Source of the DNA: Candidatus Rokuibacteriota bacterium
GTDB taxonomy: Bacteria; Methylomirabilota; Methylomirabilia; Rokubacteriales; CSP1-6
Length of the DNA stretch: 64,000 nt
NCBI GenBank assembly: GCA_016193045.1
Contig: JACPSW010000086.1
Span: forward strand, 11,135-75,134
Direction: 5' to 3'
The translations under genes were made by a program, and so were the position numbers. The notes beneath the pieces are model-generated. The model had not been told where the DNA came from. It saw only the letters and a program-made list of their open reading frames with translations, and searched no databases. Numbering within the stretch: position 1 is the first letter of the stretch; each line of letters begins with the position of its first letter. Shown piece after piece: positions 39,488 to 47,512 of the stretch.

Positions 39488-41401
39488 TCATCCCCTTCCC
39501 TCTGCTTTGAACATGATCGTGACCCGAGCGCCGCCTTCTTCCCGATTTCTGATGTCAATCGTCCCTCCGTGGAGGGCGACGATCTTGCTCGTCACTGCCA
39601 ATCCCAGACCCGTGCCCTTCCCCGTCGGTTTGGTGGTGAAGAATGGGTCAAAGATCTTCGTGAGCTTGTCCGGGGGAATTCCTGTTCCCGTGTCATCGAC
39701 CTCTGTTACGAGAACGGTATCCCCGATCCTGAAGTGATCTGCCTTCCTGGAGCCGACGCGGTGGCCGACCTCCATGAGCCGCTTCGCGTATGTTCTGACG
39801 GTGAGCGTCCCCCCGCCGGGCATCGCGTGGATGGCATTAATGAAGATGTTGACCAGGACCTGCTCGATCTTGCCTTTATCGAGCTTGACCGCTGGGAGAT
39901 TCTCGGTCAGTTCCTTAACCACCCTGAGGTGAGACCTGTCCGTCTCGTGTTTCACCAGCAGTAGCGATTGCTGAACGACGAAATTTAGATCCTCCGCGTT
40001 CAGGCTCAACGCGCCGGCAGCGGAAAAATCCAATAGGCCGCGGATGACCGAATCGGCTTTTCTGACCGCGTTGTCCATGTCCTGCAAAACGCTGCGCGTG
40101 ATGTCGTCGTCGGGTGGAAGCTGGTCGGACAGATAATTGACTCCCATCAGGACGATCGAAAGGGGGTTCTTGACCTCGTGCGCGATCCCGGCAGCCAACG
40201 TCCCCACCGATTCCATCTTCTCGGCCTGGATGAGCTGCAATTGGAGGGCCTGCAGTTCGGCACTGGTTTCCTTCAACTTCATCTCGGCCTGCTTGCGCTC
40301 GGTGATGTCGCGGATGATGGCCGTATAAAAGAGCTGGTCTTCAGCCATCCAAGTGCCCAGGGAAAGCTCCAGCGGAAATTCACCGCCGTGTTTTCTCAAC
40401 CCCTCCAGTTCGACCGTCTTGCCGACCATGGCGGTCTTGTGCGCGCTCCTGTATCGTTCGGACAGCAAGCGGGTTAGCGGCGTGCCTAACGCTTCTTTTT
40501 CGGCATATCCGAAGATCGTTTCTGCACCCCTGTTCCATAAAATAATGAGGCCGCGTTCATCGGCTGAAATAATAGCGTCGCTGGCCGACTGGGCGACGGA
40601 GCGGAATCGCATCTCCGACTCCCGCAGCGCCTTCTCGGCCTGCTTGCGCTGGGTGATGTCCTCGAAGGTGACGACCGCCCCAATGATCGTGCCCTCTTTT
40701 CGCATGGGGGTGCTGATGTACTCGACCGGGAAACTCGTGCCGTCCTTCTTCCAGAACACTTCGTTATCGACCTGCCGGGCTGCTCCCTCCCGCAAGGCCG
40801 CATAAATGGGGCACTCGTCCCCACCATAGAGCGTCCCGTCGGCTCTCGTGTGGTGCAAGACATCGTGATGGGGCTTGCCGATGAGGTCCTCCACGTCCCA
40901 CCCGGTCAGCGTTGCCGCGGCCGGATTGGCAAATGTGATGTTCCCCTGCGGGTCCAGCCCACAGATCCCCTCCCCCGCGGAGTTCAAAATCGGCGCCATT
41001 CGCTCCTGCACCAATCGCTCCTGGGTCTCGCGGAGCTGCTCATAGGCCGCCCGCAGATCCGCGTTGGCCGCTTCAAGGGCGGCGCGCTGTTGGTTGATGG
41101 TTCTCGAGTTCCTCGCCACGACGGAGATCAGGCTGATGTAAAGGATCACGAAGCCCCCGCCGACGGCGCCGTACGTCATCCACAGAACGCCACGGAAGTT
41201 TTCCCGGATCTCGGGGACGGAAAAGGGGTCTGTGCCCTTGGGGGCCTCCGGACGCATGGCAGCGTCGTACGCTTTCAAAACCCAGACGTGCTGGTTCAGC
41301 TTTGCGGTCACAAGCGCCGAAATGGCGGTCGCGACGACAATCATGATCACCAGCGTGATCAGCGAGAAGTCAAGCAGGAGGTTTTCTTTTGGCTTTCTCA
41401 T
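39488..41401 (-). CDS. Membrane-bound PAS-PAS sensor histidine kinase
   Basis: Two TM helices, two PAS/PAC domains, LAAGIAHEVKNPL, PFFTTK..GKGTGLGL; GGAGG RBS before ATG 41401. Confidence 0.92.
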   Translation of the reverse strand: MRKPKENLLLDFSLITLVIMIVVATAISALVTAKLNQHVWVLKAYDAAMRPEAPKGTDPFSVPEIRENFRGVLWMTYGAVGGGFVILYISLISVVARNSRTINQQRAALEAANADLRAAYEQLRETQERLVQERMAPILNSAGEGICGLDPQGNITFANPAAATLTGWDVEDLIGKPHHDVLHHTRADGTLYGGDECPIYAALREGAARQVDNEVFWKKDGTSFPVEYISTPMRKEGTIIGAVVTFEDITQRKQAEKALRESEMRFRSVAQSASDAIISADERGLIILWNRGAETIFGYAEKEALGTPLTRLLSERYRSAHKTAMVGKTVELEGLRKHGGEFPLELSLGTWMAEDQLFYTAIIRDITERKQAEMKLKETSAELQALQLQLIQAEKMESVGTLAAGIAHEVKNPLSIVLMGVNYLSDQLPPDDDITRSVLQDMDNAVRKADSVIRGLLDFSAAGALSLNAEDLNFVVQQSLLLVKHETDRSHLRVVKELTENLPAVKLDKGKIEQVLVNIFINAIHAMPGGGTLTVRTYAKRLMEVGHRVGSRKADHFRIGDTVLVTEVDDTGTGIPPDKLTKIFDPFFTTKPTGKGTGLGLAVTSKIVALHGGTIDIRNREEGGARVTIMFKAEGRG

Positions 41402-41442
41402 TTCACTCGTTCCTCCCACGAATTGGGCCGTAGCCAGGATGA

Positions 41443-41458
41443 AGCAACGGGGGTGCCA
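41443..41458 (-). promoter_or_regulatory. Sigma54 promoter for the kinase-receiver operon
   Basis: Minus strand TGGCAC-CCCCG-TTGCT, exact consensus. Confidence 0.75.
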
Positions 41459-41632
41459 ATCAAAAGGAATTAAAAAGTTGCTTCTAGAACAGGCGGTTAA
41501 GTGCGCGGGGGGTATTGTTTGCTTGCCAGATTGGCCCGCCAGGTCTGAATTGGCATTCAGAACGCGTCGATCCAACCCAGCCGGTTCATTTTAACCTAGC
41601 TATTTCACAAGATATTTCTGACGTGGCACCCT

Positions 41633-41648
41633 TGGCACCCCTCTTGCT
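41633..41648 (+). promoter_or_regulatory. Sigma54 promoter for the secreted-protein operon
   Basis: TGGCAC-CCCTC-TTGCT, exact consensus; extra TGGCACCC at 41624. Confidence 0.72.
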
Positions 41649-41660
41649 CAACCGAGGGGC

Positions 41661-43868
41661 ATGGGACGGAGATTCTTCTGCACGCTGCTCCTCACCCTGG
41701 GCCTCCTCGCCGCGCCGGCGGCCGAGGCGTCCATCGCGGTTGATTCGAGTTCGAGCTGCACGCCGACCAGCGCGAACAGCTTCACGTGGTCGCACACCAC
41801 CTCGGGGGTGGACCGCGTTCTGATCGTCGGCGTGGCGCTCCGAAACCCGAACAGCCAGACCGTCAGTAGCGTCACCTACGCCGGGACGTCGCTCACCCAG
41901 GTGCTTGCGCGGGACAACGGGACGAGCGTCCGAATCGAGATCTGGCGCCTGGTCGGGCCTGCACTGGGGACGAACAACGTGGTGGTCAGCTACGCCTCGG
42001 GCGTCTCAGCCAAGACGGCCTGCGGGGCCGTCTCGCTGACGGGCGTTGATCAGTCGAACCCCATCGACGCCACGAACTCGGCGACCGGTACGAGCCTCGC
42101 GCCGAGCGTGACCGTGACCACCGTCACGAACTACGCCTGGGTCATCGACGGCATCGCCTTCCGCTCGACCGGGAACGCGAAGCCGACCGGCACCGCGGGC
42201 GGAGGGCAGACCGAGCGGTGGAGCGGGTACACCGAGGGCGGAGGGAGCGACCCGAACATCCGGGGCAAGGGCTCCACGGAGGGGCCGAAGAACCCCGCCG
42301 GCTCGGTCGTCATGGACTGGAGCCTCGATGGATCGACGTCGGTGGATTGGGCCGCCGCGGGGGTCGCCCTCAAGCCCGACGCCTGCCCCTCCACGACGGT
42401 CGCGGAGCCCACCTACGTCGCGGCCAACGCCCAGAGCGGCCAGGCGACCGTCTATTGGGGCGGAGCGGACTCGCTGATCATCCTCCGCAAGGCGGGGGCC
42501 TTCACCACCGAGTCGCCGACGAACGGCCAGTCCTACACCGCAGGCGGCACGATCGGTGCTGCGACTGTGATCTACGACGGCACGAGCGCCGCGAGCGGGA
42601 CCACGTGCACTTCGACGAGCTGCACCGACACGGGCCTCACCAACGGGACCGCGTACCATTACAAGGTTCACACGAAGTCCGGCACCTGCTACGCCAACGG
42701 CCTCACCGTCAACGGCACGCCGCCCTCCGGGACCCACCCGGCCTGGACCTACATGCTGGCCGGCGGCTCCATCCTGAAGGCCGGGGTGACCGGCGAAGGG
42801 ACCATCTACACCTCCTCCAACGCGAGCCGGATCGTCTCCCTGAGCACGAGCAACGGGATTCAGAGCTGGGCGCCCGTGAGCACGACCTCGGCGATCCAGG
42901 GGTGGCTGGTGTGGATCCCGATCAGCGGCGGGAGCACGAAGGCGGTCATCGGGGGGGACCAGGGCGGCAAGGTCTACTCGGTCGATGTGGCCACCGGGGC
43001 TACGAACTGGTCGCCCACCATGACGGGGGCCAACGCGGTCCAGGCGCCCGTGGCCGCCCAACTCAGGGACTATTCCAACGCGAGCTTTCAGTCCACCTAC
43101 TCGACCGACGTCATCTTCGGCGCGAGCCGGAACTCGAGCACCACCGACAACAAGCTCTACGCGGTCCGGGCGAGCGACGGGACAGCGCTCTGGACGTTCA
43201 ACCAGAACGGGACCGACTACGCGGTGGACTACATCGCGGGGATGCCGTACGTGGACTACAGCCGGAACCGGCTCTATGTCGCGAGCCGGGCCGGCGCCGC
43301 GGGGACGCAGCAGAGCTTCTGGGCGATCAACACGCTCAACGGGAGCGTGGTGGGCTCACTGGCCCTGGGTCACCTGGAGACGTCGCCGACCCTGAGCTAC
43401 GACGGGACCACGATCTACGTCGCCAATACGGCCGGGGACCTCTATGCCATCAACGCCAGCGACCTGACCCAGAAGTGGACCTCCCCGTCGGCGCTGGGGA
43501 CCGCGGTCAACGGGTTTGTGTGGGAGGACTACTCGACCGCAGGTCGCCTCTACTTCAGCACAGCGAATGGGAACGTCTGGTGTCTCCAGGATCCGGGGGC
43601 GGGGGTGGCGCCGCCGGACCCGGCCTCGCCGGTCTGGAAGACCGCTGTCGCCGGGCCCTCCACGCCCCTCCTCCTGGACAAGCTCTACGTGGGGTCGTCT
43701 AACGGGAAGGTTCACCAGATCAACCCGACGACCGGCACCAACGAGAAGCAGTTCACCGTGGGCGACGGAACGAAGACCGTGGGCGATCCCAGCACCGAGG
43801 ACGGGACCCAAGTCTTCGTGGGGACGACGGAAGGGAAGATCTACAAGCTTCCCCTCCCGCTGCCCTAG
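41661..43868 (+). CDS. Secreted Ser/Thr/Gly-rich protein with FN3-like segment and C-terminal PQQ-like beta-propeller repeats
   Basis: Signal peptide; TDTGLTNGTAYHYKV; repeats such as GKVYSVDVATGATNW, KLYAVRASDGTALWTF, GDLYAINASDLTQKW. Confidence 0.8.
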   Translation: MGRRFFCTLLLTLGLLAAPAAEASIAVDSSSSCTPTSANSFTWSHTTSGVDRVLIVGVALRNPNSQTVSSVTYAGTSLTQVLARDNGTSVRIEIWRLVGPALGTNNVVVSYASGVSAKTACGAVSLTGVDQSNPIDATNSATGTSLAPSVTVTTVTNYAWVIDGIAFRSTGNAKPTGTAGGGQTERWSGYTEGGGSDPNIRGKGSTEGPKNPAGSVVMDWSLDGSTSVDWAAAGVALKPDACPSTTVAEPTYVAANAQSGQATVYWGGADSLIILRKAGAFTTESPTNGQSYTAGGTIGAATVIYDGTSAASGTTCTSTSCTDTGLTNGTAYHYKVHTKSGTCYANGLTVNGTPPSGTHPAWTYMLAGGSILKAGVTGEGTIYTSSNASRIVSLSTSNGIQSWAPVSTTSAIQGWLVWIPISGGSTKAVIGGDQGGKVYSVDVATGATNWSPTMTGANAVQAPVAAQLRDYSNASFQSTYSTDVIFGASRNSSTTDNKLYAVRASDGTALWTFNQNGTDYAVDYIAGMPYVDYSRNRLYVASRAGAAGTQQSFWAINTLNGSVVGSLALGHLETSPTLSYDGTTIYVANTAGDLYAINASDLTQKWTSPSALGTAVNGFVWEDYSTAGRLYFSTANGNVWCLQDPGAGVAPPDPASPVWKTAVAGPSTPLLLDKLYVGSSNGKVHQINPTTGTNEKQFTVGDGTKTVGDPSTEDGTQVFVGTTEGKIYKLPLPLP

Positions 43869-43878
43869 CGAGGCCCCC

Positions 43879-45429
43879 ATGCGGAGAACGCTGGGCGGCC
43901 TCTTGCTCCCCCTCGGCCTTCTGATCCTCCCGGTACCCGCGTGGGCCGGGTTCACGCTTTCCCTTGCGGAGGGGAGCGCTGTGGTGGTTGACTCGCCCTC
44001 GCGCCTCCACTTCAGCGTGGCCAACACGGGGCCGGAAGGCCTGAGCCGGCTGAGTCTCCGTTTCCCGCCCGGCTATGACGTGGTGGGCGGGTCGGCGCCG
44101 GCCGGGTGGACCGTCGAGCTGGACCCGTCGGGCACCGGGAACGGGATCAGCTTCAGGACGAGCGATGAGGTCACCTGCCGCGGGGCCGTTGCCGCCGGGC
44201 GCTCGCTGGCGTTCAGCGCTGAGGTCGTCGCCCGCGCGTCGCGGGCGGTCACGCCGGACAGCCTCGCGAGTGCCCACGCCGAAGATAGCTGCCGAGGGGT
44301 GGTGCTCGATCCGCCGGGGACGCTCCCTGCCTGGGAGCGGCTCGGCCTCGACGCGGTCCTCGCCGCCGGTCCTTCCCTCCTCGGAGTGGGGGGGGAAGTT
44401 ACGGTGACGTTGACCGTCTCCAACCTTTCGACGGTGGAACTCGCCGACGTCTCCCCCCTCCTCCGCACGAGGGGGGGGGCGGCCGTGACGTGGACCGAGG
44501 AGCCGGCGCCCGCGGGGCCGCCGCTGGCGCCCGGGGGGCAGCGCGCCTTCACCTGGACCGGCCGCCCGGCCTCGGGGGGGACGCTGCAGTTCACCGGGCA
44601 GGCGTTGAGTCCGCTCGTGGCCTCCCCGCCGGCCGCCTCTGAGACCCTTTTCGTCGCCGACCTTGGCGTGTCGCTCGCCGGGGCGCCCGATGAGGTCGTC
44701 AGCGGTCAACAGGTCGTCGTCGAGATGACAGTCACGAACCGCGGCCCCGTAAGGGTGGCGCGCGTGAGCCCCTCGCCCTTGACGTTCGAAGGCGCGGCCG
44801 CCGTGAGCGGCCTGATCGGCCCGAGCCCGGCGGTGCTGGCCGCGCTGGAGCCGGGCGAGTCCGCCACCTTCGCCTGGTCCGCCACAGTCGCCGGGAGGGC
44901 GGGAGACACCTACGCCGTCTCGGGCTGGGCTTCGGGCGAGTGGGGCGCCATCGTTTCCCAAATCGCGACATGGGAGGGCGGGACGCTCACCGAGGAGCCG
45001 CCGTCGGAGGAAAGGGTGGCGGATGCCGGCGGCCCGTCCCTTGTGGGAGGGGGTGCCGTCGCGGCGGCGGACCTCGCGGGGGCGCCCGCCAGCGGCGTCC
45101 AGGGCGGGAGCGTTCAGTTCGTCGGCGTCAACCAGGACGGAAGCCAGAGCGGCGGCACCCAGTTCTCCGCCGCGAGCGTGCGCGACCTCTGGATCCTCGT
45201 TGCGTGGCAAAGCCTGTCGGGCACGCACTCCCAGCGCCTCGACCTCTACGCTCCGGACGGTTCCCTCTACCAGCGGCTCTCTGCGCAGTTCACGGGAAGC
45301 TCGGCCGAGGTGCGGCTCCCCGTCGGTGGCACCTGGATTACCCAGCACTTCCTCTTCGGCACCTGGCGTGTTGACGTCTTCCTCGACGGTGACCCCCGCA
45401 CGAGCGGCGCCTTCGTCCTAACGCCCTGA
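43879..45429 (+). CDS. Secreted protein with tandem Ig-like (DUF11/CARDB-like) domains
   Basis: Signal peptide; repeated V.V.LTV.N...L.PG....F.W units. Confidence 0.7.
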   Translation: MRRTLGGLLLPLGLLILPVPAWAGFTLSLAEGSAVVVDSPSRLHFSVANTGPEGLSRLSLRFPPGYDVVGGSAPAGWTVELDPSGTGNGISFRTSDEVTCRGAVAAGRSLAFSAEVVARASRAVTPDSLASAHAEDSCRGVVLDPPGTLPAWERLGLDAVLAAGPSLLGVGGEVTVTLTVSNLSTVELADVSPLLRTRGGAAVTWTEEPAPAGPPLAPGGQRAFTWTGRPASGGTLQFTGQALSPLVASPPAASETLFVADLGVSLAGAPDEVVSGQQVVVEMTVTNRGPVRVARVSPSPLTFEGAAAVSGLIGPSPAVLAALEPGESATFAWSATVAGRAGDTYAVSGWASGEWGAIVSQIATWEGGTLTEEPPSEERVADAGGPSLVGGGAVAAADLAGAPASGVQGGSVQFVGVNQDGSQSGGTQFSAASVRDLWILVAWQSLSGTHSQRLDLYAPDGSLYQRLSAQFTGSSAEVRLPVGGTWITQHFLFGTWRVDVFLDGDPRTSGAFVLTP

Positions 45430-45454
45430 GAGCGGGCGCGCGCCTCTTCGCCCC

Positions 45455-45483
45455 TTGCCCGTCTTCCGGGGTTCTGCTAGGGT
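45455..45483 (+). promoter_or_regulatory. Possible sigma70-type promoter for the precursor peptide operon
   Basis: TTGCCC-17nt-TAGGGT with extended -10 TG. Confidence 0.4.
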
Positions 45484-45504
45484 GTGGAGGATCGGAGGGA
45501 GCCT

Positions 45505-45669
45505 ATGAACACTGAGAAGCGGCCGCCCGAGCCCCAGGCAGAGCGAGCCCGTCAATCATACGAACGCCCCAGGATTCACTGGGAGGAAGAGTTCTTGCCC
45601 TACGTCTTCTCCACCTGCGGGAAGATGGGGGGGCAGGGCGGCGCATGCGTCGCCAACAAGAAGTCCTAG
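45505..45669 (+). CDS. Putative RiPP precursor peptide (54 aa)
   Basis: GGAGG RBS; leader with YERPRI (YxxPx[LI]); C-terminal STCGKMGGQGGACVANKKS; heads an operon with a radical SAM gene. Confidence 0.8.
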   Translation: MNTEKRPPEPQAERARQSYERPRIHWEEEFLPYVFSTCGKMGGQGGACVANKKS

Positions 45670-46472
45670 GCGTTTTTGACATCGCGGGCATCGCCTGCGG
45701 GGTGGAGTGCCGGGAGGAGGCGTTCTGGAACCTCCTCTCCCCCCGCTACGCCGAGTTCGCGTCGGACGACATCCCGCGGCTCCGGCTTCGGGTCGAGGTG
45801 ACGGCGCCTCCCTCGGACGACGTGGCGGCCCGGTGGTCAGGCCCCTTCGCCCGCATCGCGGGCGGCGACGGGGTCCTCTCCATCGAGGGCGCCGGCTTCA
45901 GGGGGGAGTTCGACGAGCGATCGGGGCAGGGCCGGATCGCCCAGCCGCTCGATCCTTCCCCTTTCGAGACGTTCCTGACCGCGATCTACGCCGGGCGCCT
46001 CCTCCGGGCCGGCGGGTTCTTCCTCCACGCGGCCGCGCTGGTGGATGGCGACCGGGCGCACGTCTTTTTCGGTCCATCGGAGAGCGGGAAGACGACGGTG
46101 GCCGAGCTGGTCAGAGAGGGCGTCATCTCCGACGAGATCGTGGCCATCCGGAGGGAGGGCGATCAGTACCGGGTCTCAGGAGTCCCCTGGCGAGGCCGGC
46201 GGCTCACCGCTCCCCTGGCAGGACTTTTTCGTCTCAGAAAGGCCAGGGAGACCTCGTTCACCCCTCTCGCCCCGGTGAAAGCGGTGCGACAGCTCCTGCC
46301 GAGCGTCTTCTTCTCCCGAGCGGATGCGGCGGAAATCGCCCGCTTCCTGGAGGTGGGGGGGGAGCTGGTGACCAGGGTTCCCTGCTACGAGATGCGCTTC
46401 GCGCCCGACCGCTCCTTCTGGCATGCGCTGCCCCGCAGCGGGCAAGGGGAGAAACATGCTCTCTCAGTATGA
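45645..46472 (+). CDS. HPr-kinase-related P-loop protein
   Basis: FFLHAAAL...FFGPSESGKTTVA...ISDE; start overlaps the precursor 3' end and is uncertain. Confidence 0.8.
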   Translation: MRRQQEVLGVFDIAGIACGVECREEAFWNLLSPRYAEFASDDIPRLRLRVEVTAPPSDDVAARWSGPFARIAGGDGVLSIEGAGFRGEFDERSGQGRIAQPLDPSPFETFLTAIYAGRLLRAGGFFLHAAALVDGDRAHVFFGPSESGKTTVAELVREGVISDEIVAIRREGDQYRVSGVPWRGRRLTAPLAGLFRLRKARETSFTPLAPVKAVRQLLPSVFFSRADAAEIARFLEVGGELVTRVPCYEMRFAPDRSFWHALPRSGQGEKHALSV

Positions 46473-47505
46473 TCGCCTGATCCGGACGGCCTCGCGGGGG
46501 CACGTTCCGTTCGGGGTCCTCTTCGAGGTCACCCATCGGTGCAACCTCGGCTGCGAGCACTGTTATCTGACCGAGGGGCCGGTGGGCCGGCCGAAGCCCA
46601 CCCGGGAGGAACTCCCTCTCGAAGAGATTCGTCCCATCCTCGATCAGCTGGCCGCGGCGGGCTGCCTTTTCCTGACGCTCTCCGGCGGAGAGGTCTTCAT
46701 GCGGCGGGACTTTCTCCAGATTGTGGCTCACGCCCGGTCGCGCGGGTTCTCCGTGACGGTCTTCACCACGGGGACGCTGCTGACGCCCGAGACCGCGACC
46801 GAGCTGGCCAACCTTCATCCCCTCTCCGTGGAGGTGAGCATCTACAGCGCGCGGTCGGAGATCCACGACCGCGTCACGCGAATCCCCGGCTCCCACGCTC
46901 GCTCGCTGCGGGCCCTTCGAATGTTGAAGGAGCGCGGCGTGATCATCCTGATCAAAAGTCCCCTCATGAATCTCAATTCGGGGGAATACCACGGCATCGT
47001 CGAATTGGCCGGGGACCTGGGGGCGGGGTACGGTTTCGACCCGATGTTGGTCCCGCGGCGGGACGGGAACACGGCTCCCGTGGGACTGGGCCTGGATCGC
47101 CAGCAGCTCTACGACTTCTTCTCCGATCCCGTCCTGGCCAAAGAGCACTTCCAGCCCGTGAAGTGCCTCCCCCAGCCGGGGGAGGAGATCTGCGGCACCG
47201 GGCGGCGGACCTGCCTGATCTCTCCCTACGGCGACGTCTTCCCGTGCGGGGTTCATCCCATCCCGGCGGGGAACCTCCGGGAGAAGAGCTTCTACGAGAT
47301 CTGGACCGGCTCCCCGCTCCTCAAGGATCTCCGCACGAAGACCGTGGACGATCTGAGAGGAGGGGCGAAGGCGATCCCCGGCTTCCGGTGCAGCGCGCTT
47401 GCGCTCATCGAGAACGGGGATTTCCTCGGTCCCTTCCGCCGTGGCGAGGAGTTGGCCGAGATCCAGGCCGAAGTCCGCGGCCGCCAGGGAAGCGCTCCCG
47501 CCTGA
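46456..47505 (+). CDS. Radical SAM enzyme with SPASM/twitch domain (peptide maturase type)
   Basis: EVTHRCNLGCEHCY, LSGGE, HDRVT..PGS, CGTGRRTCLISPYGDVFPC...GNLRE.SF.EIW. Confidence 0.92.
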   Translation: MLSQYDRLIRTASRGHVPFGVLFEVTHRCNLGCEHCYLTEGPVGRPKPTREELPLEEIRPILDQLAAAGCLFLTLSGGEVFMRRDFLQIVAHARSRGFSVTVFTTGTLLTPETATELANLHPLSVEVSIYSARSEIHDRVTRIPGSHARSLRALRMLKERGVIILIKSPLMNLNSGEYHGIVELAGDLGAGYGFDPMLVPRRDGNTAPVGLGLDRQQLYDFFSDPVLAKEHFQPVKCLPQPGEEICGTGRRTCLISPYGDVFPCGVHPIPAGNLREKSFYEIWTGSPLLKDLRTKTVDDLRGGAKAIPGFRCSALALIENGDFLGPFRRGEELAEIQAEVRGRQGSAPA

Positions 47506-47512
47506 GCCTCCG

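Noticed and set aside
41402..41575. N-terminal extension of the histidine kinase given in the ORF track
   Set aside because: Region contains the RBS and sigma54 promoter for ATG 41401
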